Source: Macrostomum lignano
Taxonomy: Eukaryota
Direction of reading: 5' to 3'
Length of the DNA: 44,172 nt
Assembly: GCA_002269645.1 (NCBI GenBank)
Contig: NIVC01004494.1
Span: 1-44,172, forward strand
Below are positions 33,190 through 44,172 of the stretch, in pieces. The notes under the pieces were generated by a model, which made no database searches, was not told the origin of the DNA, and saw only the letters and a program-made list of their open reading frames with translations. Positions within the stretch are counted from its first letter, which is position 1; the number at the start of each line of letters is the position of its first letter. The position numbers were made by a program, and so were the translations under genes.

Positions 33190-33440
33190 GACTAAAAGTT
33201 TGGGGGTTCGATTCTCGACCCACTCGAAACAATTTGTGTCCTTGAGCAAGACACTTAACTCTGCGTTGCTTCAGTTCACCCAGCTGTAAAATGGGTGCCA
33301 GCATTAGCTGAGGTAATTGAGGGTGCGTGGCGACCCTCCAGTTTGGACTGAACAGCCGTACGCAGCCTTCAGATGCACGACGCAATAGCTGCGACCGAGC
33401 TGTTGGTTGCGCATCTGCCCATTAGGCCGGGTTTCATCAG
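33190..33440 (+). mobile_element. tRNA-derived CORE-type SINE
   Basis: B-box GGTTCGATTC (33205-33214) followed by TGTGTCCTTGAGCAAGACACTTAAC...CAGCTGTAAAATGGG, resembling the CORE domain; AT-rich tail. Confidence 0.7.
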
Positions 33441-34148
33441 CAATAATTATATTATTTGTTATTACTGAGTAAATAAATCATGCCTTTGGACTCGTTATGG
33501 AGGGCCTGGCCCGCCTCCACAAACACTAGCAGAAACGGATCGTGAATTAAAGTCCGAGCAGAAAACTTGTAATAGAATTTTTTTTATTTGGGATTCGCAT
33601 TCAAGAAGCTATTAGGTTTTGTTGCAAACTTAATAAAACATTTTTATATTTAGCTGTAGCTAAGGCTGAACTTTTTTTCACTGGTTAATGCGAAGAGGCA
33701 GTGAACAACTAACAATTTTTACGAGCTAGTTCAGTTACTACCAGTAGGTGTCTTTGGGGCCCTCATACGAGTATTGACCTACATTAATCACAGGAAATTA
33801 AATGTTGGGGTCAGAGAGCTAAGTGGCATTACGCACTCGTAATTCCTAGTGCCAGTGCTAAAACAGATTGGGGAGGACTACAAACTGAATTCACACGTAA
33901 TGCACCCAGCTGCACCTTTTTATACTTGCCGCTTCATCCCTCTTTTAGTCTATCAAGGTATGGGATAATGTATGATCGATGCTTAGATTTGAACAATATA
34001 GTACACACACAAAGAGATCAAATTATGTGTTTCCAATTCCTACGAATACAGCGGAAATAGCAAAGAAACAATAAAAATAAAGGAGTTGACTTAGCTTCAT
34101 AACAACAACAAAAGCAACAAAAAATAGGCCGTCAGCCAGTCAGGTGAG

Positions 34149-34456
34149 TCATGAGAGTAGAGACATCACAGGGCTAGCTTGAGGGCCTGAACACGAACGT
34201 AGGCCGCAGGGCCTACGCTTACGGCAGTCTTTGAAACGACGAGTGCGAGGCCTGCCCCCGCCCGTAGGGTTGCCTGCAGCGTCAGCAGCAGCACCTCCTG
34301 CCCCGGCTGTGGGCAGTAGGACTCTGCACGGATAATGTGGCCTGCCAGCTGGAGACGCCGATGGCGCAACAGTTCGCGGCAATAGAATGCCGCATTAGGG
34401 ACGTGCTCGCAGCCGAACTGGAAGGTGGCGCGCAGCAGGCCCAGCGTGCGCCGCAT
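34149..34456 (-). mobile_element. Non-LTR retrotransposon ORF2 C-terminal fragment
   Basis: RRLQLAGHIIRAE resembles the post-RT RLRW.GHV.R motif of RTE-like LINEs. Confidence 0.65.
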
Positions 34457-35767
34457 CGACCTGCTTTTCAGGCGATTCCGTCAGCATTCAGGTCTCCGCG
34501 TTGTACAACAGGACGGTGTCGATTACCGCCTGGAACAGCGACGCCCTCTGGCGGTTGGGCAGGGCTTCGTACTGCAGGACAACTCTCACGGAACGGAAGG
34601 CAGCCCAAGCAAGTCCACGGCGACGTCGTAGGTCCTCGCAAACGTCAGGCACCAGACCGCCAAGGTAGACGAACTGCTGACAGCACTTAGCAGGGAGAAG
34701 TTGCCTGGCAATACTATCAGCTACAAGACAATTAACGCACCAAAATGCAGTGGATTTTCAAATTAAGTTCATAACTCTCCAGAGCCTCTACGCCTCCAGT
34801 TAAAAACGGATGCACCAAATATGCCACTGCGCAATTTAAGTGTCTCAAGAAAATGATTGAATTAGTACTATTTATTACGAACCATCTGTAAAATAAATCA
34901 AGTCTCCATAGCGCTATTTTGAATATTTGTTTGAAGTAATAAATTTAATGAAGTAGACTTGGTTTTACGTTATTGTTTAATACTTACCTCATTAATTATT
35001 CAATACGTTCACTACTTGATCCATTTCTTTCATTTCGTACATGATACTCTATCACTCCTCAAGCATGTTCTTCATCAGAATACTTACTATTTTTCGCCTT
35101 TACTTAGTCTTAAACCAGGGGCGTAGCCAGGATTTCAGATGAGGGGGCACGTCTAAGGGGGGCGCCAAGTCTGCTGGCAAGGGGGTGTCATGTTTTGCCA
35201 GCCGACTGCCAGCCGGCTTCTTTTGCCCCATCCATGGTTACGACCTGCTATTGCTTCTTTATTTTACTAAGAAACTACATACTCTTATAAATCTTCTCTC
35301 CTTGCTTACAAATATTCCATTAGACTCCCGTCTTGGCTTTAGCGTAGTATTATATTGTGACAGTGTGGTTCGTTAAAGGCATGTACATATATCATATCGT
35401 ATTTCATTATTTCGCTCGCATACCGTACTTCTTGTAATCATTCATTCATTTTAACAATATTCTATACGTGTTAATATTGCGCTTATGTTTCTTTTTTGTA
35501 TTTGTAATTTATTTTCGCCTCGCATGTATTTATTTTATTATTTGTATTTCATGCATATCGTGTTACTTCTCATAAAGTAGTTCGTATCTATGTACATGTA
35601 TTTACTTTACAAAAACAACAACAGGCACGAGGAATGGACCTCGGGGGGACTGTTATCTGTCGTGGCGCGTTCCGTCGGACCTTCACGACCGAAGCTACAA
35701 CGAAGCTGACTGGAGTATGAGAGATGCTGGCGAGCGCGGCCCGGCTGACTCGGCTCGGAGTAGATAA

Positions 35768-36163
35768 ACGCGCAGTGGTGACGTCGAATCCAATCCAGGA
35801 CCGGCCGGAACCGAGTGCGCCACGTGTGGCAAGGGACTCAGGAAGACCTGGTTGACCTGTGCGGAGTGTCGAGATCGGGTGCACCAAAAGTGCGCCGGTA
35901 GTACGAGAAGCGCGACGGCGCAGTACCTGATGGGGCGGGACGTGTGGTTGTGTATGGGTTTCTCGCCGCAAGAGGCCAACGTCGAGTGCAAACGGTGCCA
36001 CTCCAGGATCAGGGCGATCGCGAAGGCGGTCAACTGCTCTGGCTGTAAAAGCGCCTGCCACAAGGCGTGCACGAGCCTCACCCGGCGCCAGTTGAAGCTG
36101 CCGGGAAACAATGAGGTAAGAGCCCTGAAGCACCCCAGAGGATGTCTCAAAGAAATCCGATAG
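35768..36163 (+). pseudogene. 2A-like (StopGo) peptide followed by tandem PHD-type zinc fingers; likely 5' fragment of a non-LTR retrotransposon
   Basis: In frame: TRSGDVESNPGP (35768-35803), then CATC...CAECRDRVHQKC...WLC and CKRC...CSGCKSACHKAC. Confidence 0.7.
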
Positions 36164-39100
36164 GCTGTCCAGTGTTAGCACAGCAGCGTTAAGCACAGTA
36201 GCGGCACAGGGCCATGACGGCGGAAATCAGCTGCTTTTTACTTTTATTTTTTTATTTTACTTATTTACTTTTACTTTTATTTTATTTGTTTTAATCATTT
36301 ACTTTGCAGTATTCTAGCACTACTCGATTAATTTGTACATTGCGCCTGGGGTTTGTCTGATTAGCTAGGCTTGTTTTATCAATTTTTGTCATATTTACAT
36401 GTTAATTTTAAATAAGCACTTGCAGTCAGCAGCCGCTTTCTCACTTCTTCTCTGCTCGCGGGCCCTTAGCCGTCTGGCTTTCCTCGCCCTCACAAGTTTA
36501 CCCTTCCGCCGCCTATTTCGGCCCACCAATCAACAGGGTCCCGACCGGCCTTCGCAAGGCGCAAACAGAGCCCATTGCATTAAAGTCCATCGTACCAATT
36601 TACATTACGCTAGTGTGAAATCGCGGCTGCTGATACTGGATCGTTGACTCAAATAAAATAAAATTAAACTATTCGCTACACAAAGTCTTCCGCCTTAATC
36701 GTCACAATTTACTTTTCTTTCTAATCTAATTGTGAAAATTTACTTTTCAGTCCAATTTACTTCAGGTTTTGTTTACCTCTCATCCTAACTATTACCAAGT
36801 TTTTGTTTGAGTATGAGTTTGCAAAAATAGTTCCGGGGATTCAAATTTCGCCGGATTCAAAATCCGCGGGTTTTAACAACATGCTTTTTGTTATATTTAT
36901 GATAGCAAAACGTAACATCCTTCCGATATGAAATTTCTCTTGCTGTGCTTTGCGTCATCGATTTTTCTGCGTCTTAATTTTCGCAATTCTTTTCTTCTCA
37001 ATTTTCATCTTAAAATGTCTGATTTTTCAATGACATTTTAAGATAAAAATTTATTAGGAGAGAGACTCTTCGAGAGACTCGAGAGACGCCCACGAGAGGC
37101 CAACTGCCCAGAGCACACAGAGTGTACATGTTTGATGATTTGAAAGTCAGAGCCGATGTATATCCTGTACTGGGCATCACTGATTGCCTCTTTTTGGCTG
37201 TGATAATTTTTTTAACATTGCGTATGACGTTCTAGTACGTATTGAAAGCAACAGCTATTGCTTGTCACGGAAAATTATTACGATCAATTCTGCATCATCC
37301 ACTATCGAGACATCTTCCCCATCACTGTAAACTCTATACTGTAAAACTCTATACTGTAACACTAATTTTGAATACTAATCTCTAATTAGTTGCTCACATT
37401 TATATAATATAGCTAATACAAATTGTCGTCTCTTTGTACATCACAACATACTTTGTGTTTTGTTGGTATTTTAATGACAAGTGCCCCTAGCTCTTCTTAT
37501 GCATATGATGAGGACGCACTTTTTCCCAAATCCCGCGCTAGCACATGGGCTCTAAACTTACTAGCCTACTAACAGTGGGCAATGGGCATTTTTATCCTTT
37601 TTCTGCGGATTGTCATAGAATCTGTACTAGATATAATGTTTGGTCATACTAGTAGTCATAATAACATAGGCGCAGCTTTTTGGGTCATAAATCATCGCTT
37701 TCGAAGCTGGTCTGACAGCCACCTGCGCCTCACTCAGTGTTGAGGCGGGCGCCAGATGGTCTGAGGGGATGCGAATGATAGCTTTTTTCTCATCATTTGA
37801 CAGACCATCAAGATTTATGAGGTCAGAGCCTATTGTTCGTGTTCACTCAAGCGTGTGACAGTTTTGACAGCTATGCATTTTACCCCTATAAGTACTTTGG
37901 GATTAGCAATTAGCGATTTCTCTTCATTATCTTCACTTTCTATTTGATAAGAGCTTTCTAATGTATATTTTTCATTAATTTTTTTCAATTCTACGCGAAA
38001 AGTCATAAATCATTTTGTTGCGATTTTGATTGATTTATGGCCGCACCTGTCATGTTTTTAAGACCCCGGAGGAACTGATAGGATCTCCCGGTCACGTGAT
38101 TCTGGGTAGCAACGAGCTTAGCCAATCTGAAAATTCGACGCTCATTTTAACAAATCGGCTCAGCCAATCAGAATCGACGTGTCTCATTATAACAAACTGC
38201 GGTCCAGTTGGCGGCAATTTAAACTGGTGTTTTTGGCCCGCAAGGACTTCATCCCGTTCCCGTTCCCGGTGCCCGCTACCCTTGGCTCCACCGGCCAGGA
38301 ATTGACCGTCGTTTCTTGATCCCCGGATTGCGACTTCCCCCCATCATCATCAAGGACGAATTCCCTCGGTCATCAGCAGTGAACATCAAAGTTAAGAGCA
38401 TCACCTGCTAGCTATCTGCGAAGATTGTGACATCAGCATCATCCCGCGCCTACAGCTGCGAAGCACTAAGCCGATTCGGTCACTGTGGATTGCCTGGTCT
38501 CCGGCTGTTGAGTTTCTGATTGGTTGGGTGAGAGGCTGCCTAGACTTGCTTGATTGGGTGATTCCTTACCTGTCCCCTGTTTTAGTTGCTGGATTAGGCG
38601 CACACTTTTGCTCATTTTGTTCAGTAGTGCTGTTGCTGAGGCAGGAGTCATTCAATAATACTGCTAGTAGTCTAAGACTCCAATTCAGTCTGAAGTGTGA
38701 AGTGAACTAAGGAGAAGGTTAAATCTAACAGTTATTTTTATCGGTTTTATTTCTTTGTTCGCCGATGGCTCAGATGAGGAGCTAAGCTAGTAGGCGCCGG
38801 TCACAGTGGACCAATGGCAAGGCAGTTCTCAGTCGATCAATCTATCAAATCAGGTAGCGAAATTGCCAATAGTGCCGAAACGGCTCCAGAGATGCACTCT
38901 GTGCACTCTAGGTTAGCCAAGCGGCTCGGTTGATGAATCATGCGGTATCTGATGTTCGAGTTAGCCTATCATCAGCGCTAGGAGAGGCTGATCGGCGCGT
39001 TGAAGGCCAAAAGTACAATTCCTCGTATTTAGCAATGTAATAGTACATGTAGCTACCCCATAATCTCGCCACTGCAAGAATCCCCTGCACAAGTCCCCTC

Positions 39101-39640
39101 TGTACCTGCATGGCCAATGCGATCTAGTCCCAGCAGTGTCCCTTATCATCGGCTATTACTTCGAGATTGACAGCAAAAAGCCACTAGTTGGCAGGTAAGT
39201 GCAAAGCCCCTTCTAGTCGGAAGCCCGATTTCGAGAGTCCCGGTGTGGTGAGCCAGGACGTACGGGCTGGTGGCAGCGAGTTAGCTAATCTGCGGATTAA
39301 CTAATTTTTACCTTCAAAATTCTCCCTGCTTGTCTCTCACTGTCCCTCTCTTAGCTATAGGACCTAGACTGCTCGCCACACGATCAAGCTACCAAGGGGC
39401 TGACCATCTGACAGGAGTGGGGGGCCAGGACTCTAATTGATTTATTTCTGAGACCTGAGGCCCGAAGGCTTCCCCACAAGGGGGCCGAAAGGTCGAAACC
39501 CATCACATAAATGGTTGATATTATTCCTGGCCTATAATTATTAAAAAAGAGTTGCAAAATAAGATATACCAGAGGAAAATTTGATAGCTGCTATTTTTTG
39601 CAGATCTTAAATAATTTCATTGAATGCTGTTCATGACGTT

Positions 39641-40387
39641 TTAACTTTTTATTTTATTATCAGTTATTGGGATTAAATTTACTGTCAAGTTTAGCTTTAG
39701 TTGATCGATTGAGTTTGATTTAGATCTGTATTTAACTAAATCGAATATCTCAATTCCATATTCTCCTCCACATTTTTGTCCGTATTGCGCATTCTGACAT
39801 TGCTGGTTACAAAACTCTTTGCTCACTGGACTTCCACGAGCTATTGTATTGCCACAGTAGCATCGGTTGCCGTTTGCTAGACCAAATAATTTTTTTCGCT
39901 TTTCAAGGCAACTTCTAGCACAATTTCCTGGTTCATGATTAGAAAATTTTCTTTGACTTCTTCAGTTAGCACGTTTTCAGTAGGAGACCAATAAAAGCAT
40001 CCCTTTGAGGGCGCTGAAATGGCGGCATAAAAGGGACTCCGTATTTTTGCAGCTTACTTGACATTTAGCAAAAAAACAGCTCCACTTACCTGGCACCAAT
40101 GGAATGGTAAGCTTTGGCACTTTGTAGATACTAATGAAATTGCTACCACCACATTCTGCCTCTTTATGTGCACCACATCTTCGATTGCATCTATTGAGAC
40201 CTGAAGCTGGATGACTGTAGATTTTGTTTCCACAAAAGCATTGATTGTCGAATATTCCGAAAAAAATTACTCTCCAAATATTGACATTTTGGCCAACAGA
40301 GATTAGGTGCCATTTCAGTATTTCTATGACTCAAAAATTTTAGAGCTCTAAATCCATTTGAATTAAAATAGCAACCCACGTAGTCTT
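39641..40387 (-). pseudogene. Two-WSC-domain protein, paralog 3 (exons 40387-40090 and 40013-39641), two homopolymer frameshifts
   Basis: Same splice sites as the other paralogs. The first exon is 298 nt (+1 in the run at ~40260-40266); one A is missing near 39922-39925. Confidence 0.72.
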
Positions 40388-41389
40388 CTGAAATGGTTTG
40401 ATTGATTACAGACATATTACCCTCAGATTCGTTCACAAAGTACGAGTAACAGTTAAAAAGCTGCTGCATTTAAGCAAACTAAGAAAGCCGGACGAAGCCC
40501 AGACAATAGGGCGTTGTTGCGGCATGCAATTTGTTTTATTAGTGATTGTGCGCATTCGATAATCAGTGATTTTTCAAGCCTAAATGCGAAGCATTGAATT
40601 CGCGTAAAGAAAGGGGAAATAAAAAAAAAATGTACGAGTACGTTTTATGAATCAAAAAGGTTATACGAGCGTTTATACACCGACCCGTGAACAACTTATG
40701 CCGAAATTACAATAGGGAGAGACTGTAAATTTACCCAAACGTTCTATTCAATGCTAGAGCAGTAAATTAATAGAAACTTACCGCTTGGATCTGAAATGAA
40801 GGTGGGAATTCAATTTTTTTACGTATTTTTGTAAATTTCTAATTCTCGTTAAATACAAATGTGAGCAAACCATTGGCAGATTTAGCTGCGAACAGAAAGA
40901 TAAAATCGTTCTATTTTTTTGGATATAAAGCTTAACGAGTTTCAATATCAACTCAATGAAAATTCTCGTTTCAAAGGCTAAAACAGCTGAATTATTGTAT
41001 AGAAATGTTGATTAGCAAGGAAACTTCTACCCAGTTAATCTAGATCTCAGAATTGAATTGTAGTATTGGGTACTCACTGAAGTTGGCTGAAATGAAGGGC
41101 GCAAACTTTAGAATTATGTTAAAGTTTTTAAATGACTACACATCAAAAAGCCATTCTCTGAGTAGCTCGTAATACACAGAATCTCACCATCGTCTCCAAA
41201 GATGCCTGGAGCAGACACGAGAAGAGTCAGAGCGAGAGTATGGAACAGCATGTCGAATTTATTGGATTAGGCTTTTTTGCAATCGTCGAAAATTTGATCG
41301 ATTTCGACGATTTGTCAGGCTCGAACCGTGCTTCTTTATAGAAAAATGTATGTGCAATTCAGAAAGTATTTGTGCCACGTAGAAATCCT

Positions 41390-41401
41390 CTCTCTCTATC
41401 T

Positions 41402-41436
<35 letters not shown>
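41390..41436. repeat. (TATC)n microsatellite
   Basis: Directly visible; abuts the Helitron-like array. Confidence 0.9.
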
Positions 41437-41437
<1 letters not shown>

Positions 41438-44172
41438 CTTAATACTAAAGTTGGTGCGTTGTTTGTCTGTGTGTGTGTGTGTTTGTTGGATAACTCCTCC
41501 TAGAATACTTGCAAGTCAGCGTTGAAACTTAATACTAAAGTTGGTGCGTTGTTTGTCTGTGTGTGTGTGTGTTTGTTGGATAACTCCTCCTAGAATACTT
41601 GCAAGTCAGCGTTGAAACTTATATGGGAAAACTGCAAATTTTCCGAGGATGGCTTTAGGCTATTTTAATCTTTCATTTTCAATTTTTAAGATCCCTAAAA
41701 AAGCAGAAAATGGCGGTCTTGACCTTTGATAATCTTAATTGTCCCCTCTTTCTGCTTGGAGCTGAAAATTTGCATCAATTTTAGTGATTGCGCCATAAAA
41801 TTTTTCTATCTTGGCAGTGTATTTTCTCTCAAGTGGGGGGATGGTCGCGTTCTCAGTGGCTGCGTGTGTACACTTGAACCCTGGCTCACTGACTGACTTT
41901 ATAGACAATTGCGCAACTATTTGTGTTCTGTTTTTTAACAGGAAGCCCTGTGTATTTTTTGCACAGTGAAATTCAGTGCATTTTAATGCATAAACTTGCG
42001 AGCATCTTTAGCAGGCAGTGAACGTACACTCGATATTTCAATGCTTAAAATCAGAAAGTTTCAAACACTAACTGTTGCTCGAGTTTTGAACTTAGAGAGG
42101 AGAGACTTATATTGCTGGAAAGATCTTGCTGCAATGAGTTCGGGGATATAAGTTTTTTGCTTTAAATATGAAAATTAAATTCACAGCATTCAAGAAAAGA
42201 TTTTCATACTTTTAGCTTTCTGCAAAGATTGTGCTCATTTTGGAGTTCAATGGGGGTTCGACCGACCCCCCAATAGTTGGTGGGGGGGAGTTCAATTTCT
42301 AGCTGCACTGCGTATTGGAAGGGGGGTCGGTTGCTGTGTATTTGAGGGTTGATTTAGATTGCGCAATCTTTTTGTTAACTTTAACTGAGGCTGATACTGA
42401 CTGCCTGAGAAATAAGTTGCGCAATTTAATTGGTTCAATGTTTTTACGGCGTCTTTCAACACGCAGCTGTGTGTAGCTCTAACCCTAACCCTAACCTTAA
42501 CCAATGAATTCTGAGAGCTGGGCTGTTTGACGTAGAAATTTCGATTTAGTCCAGTTTCACGGAGAGGATTTCTATTTCGCGGAGAATATTTCGATGGTGT
42601 TCAGTTTCACGGAGACGATTTCTGTTGCGCGGAGAGGTGTTGGAAAATGGGATTCCGCTGATGGAGTTCAGGGAATGGAATTCCGCTGATTGGAGTTCTT
42701 CCCCTTTCTTCTCCGAAGGAGGAGTTGGCCTCGTCTTAATACTAAAGTTGGTGCGTTGTTTGTCTGTGTGTGTGTGTTTGTTGGATAACTCCTCCTAGAA
42801 TACTTGCAAGTCAGCGTTGAAACTTATATGGGAAAACTGCAAATTTTCCGAGGATGGCTTTAGGCTATTTTAATCTTTCATTTTCAATTTTTAAGATCCC
42901 TAAAAAAGCAGAAAATGGCGGTCTTGACCTTTGATGATCTTAATTGTCCCCTCTTTCTGCTTGGAGCTGAAAATTTGCATCAATTTTAGTGATTGCGCCA
43001 TAAAATTTTTCTATCTTGGCAGTGTATTTTCTCTCAAGTGGGGGGATGGTCGCGTTCTCAGTGGCTGCGTGTGTACACTTGAACCCTGGCTCACTGACTG
43101 ACTTTATAGACAATTGCGCAACTATTTGTGTTCTGTTTTTTAACAGGAAGCCCTGTGTATTTTTTGCACAGTGAAATTCAGTGCATTTTAATGCATAAAC
43201 TTGCGAGCATCTTTAGCAGGCAGTGAACGTACACTCGATATTTCAATGCTTAAAATCAGAAAGTTTCAAACACTAACTGTTGCTCGAGTTTTGAACTTAG
43301 AGAGGAGAGACTTATATTGCTGGAAAGATCTTGCTGCAATGAGTTCGGGGATATAAGTTTTTTGCTTTAAATATGAAAATTAAATTCACAGCATTCAAGA
43401 AAAGATTTTCATACTTTTAGCTTTCTGCAAAGATTGTGCTCATTTTGGAGTTCAATGGGGGTTCGACCGACCCCCCAATAGTTGGTGGGGGGGAGTTCAA
43501 TTTCTAGCTGCACTGCGTATTGGAAGGGGGGTCGGTTGCTGTGTATTTGAGGGTTGATTTAGATTGCGCAATCTTTTTTTAACTTTAACTGAGGCTGATA
43601 CTGACTGCCTGAGAAATAAGTTGCGCAATTTAATTGGTTCAATGTTTTTACGGCGTCTTTCAACACGCAGCTGTGTGTAGCTCTAACCCTAACCCTAACC
43701 AATGAATTCTGAGAGCTGGGCTATTTGACGTAGAAATTTCGATTTAGTCCAGTTTCACGGAGAGGATTTCTATTTCGCGGAGAATATTTCGATGGTGTTC
43801 AGTTTCACGGAGAGGATTTCGATAGTGTTCAGTTTCATGGAGACGATTTCTGTTGCGCGGAGAGGTGTTGGAAAATGGGATTCCGCTGATGGAGTTCAGG
43901 GAATGGAATTCCGCTGATTGGAGTTCTTCCCCTTTCTTCTCCGAAGGAGGAGTTGCCTCGTATATACTAAAGTTGACGCGTTGTTTGTCTGTCTGTATGT
44001 CTGTCTGTATGTCTGTCTGTATGTCTGTCTGTCATTTCGACAACTCCTCCTTGAATAGTGCCAACTCAGCGTTGAAACTTATATGGGAAGATTGGAAATT
44101 ATCCGAGGTCGGCTATAGGCTATTTTTAATTCTGAAATTTTAATTTCTAAGATCCTCAAAAAAAGCAGAAAA
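41437..44172 (+). mobile_element. Head-to-tail array of a ~1.2-kb non-autonomous Helitron/HINE-like element (units 41437-42733, 42734-43960, diverged third from 43961)
   Basis: 5' TCTTAATACTAAAG followed by a (GT)/(GTCT) microsatellite; subterminal inverted repeat AACTCCTCCT/AGGAGGAGTT; 3' hairpin CTCC-GAA-GGAG then CTCG end; no TSD at junctions. Confidence 0.7.

Noticed and set aside
33190-33240. tRNA gene at the B-box
   Set aside because: No cloverleaf; it continues into a CORE-like SINE body.
35114-35220. CAGGGGCGTAGCCAGGATTT as a DNA-transposon terminus
   Set aside because: No matching inverted end found in the window.
37690-39500. Possible LTR/DIRS remnant (CCAAT repeats, GTAAGT sites, short ORFs 38466-38651 and 38961-39149)
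   Set aside because: No terminal repeats, TSD or recognisable protein motif could be established.
42479-43700. (CCCTAA)n as a chromosome end
   Set aside because: Only 3-4 units, internal to each repeat unit of the array.

Overview
Intron-containing eukaryotic DNA, probably from an invertebrate animal; the host cannot be fixed from this window. The left half (1-21842) holds two related Polinton/Maverick (adintovirus-like) endogenous viral elements in the same orientation. Element 1 is represented by its right-hand part (1-7964): coiled-coil ORF, packaging ATPase, two core proteins, intact major and minor capsid genes, a 79-aa orphan and a terminus ending ...CTACT. It is interrupted by a 2.2-kb solo-LTR-like insertion with a CATG target-site duplication. 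Element 2 (~8299-21842) is nearly complete but lacks a left terminal repeat. It carries a parvovirus-type PLA2, RVE integrase, an adenovirus pX-like protein, a heavily frameshifted protein-primed PolB with an endonuclease-VII-like insert, an adenain-like protease, a hydrophobic-hairpin protein and a second copy of the structural module. The two copies differ in a patchy, mosaic way and carry largely complementary lesions. Their gene blocks are joined by exactly 30-bp head-to-head AT spacers. The right half is host DNA with three duplicated two-WSC-domain genes (GT-AG introns, 297-nt phase-1 exon) among TE debris: Tc1, an internally deleted Ty3/gypsy with TSD, a DIRS-type fragment, LINE tails, a CORE-SINE, a 2A-peptide/PHD-finger LINE fragment and a head-to-tail array of a non-autonomous Helitron-like element. 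All assignments come from motif recognition and by-eye alignment; no database search was run.
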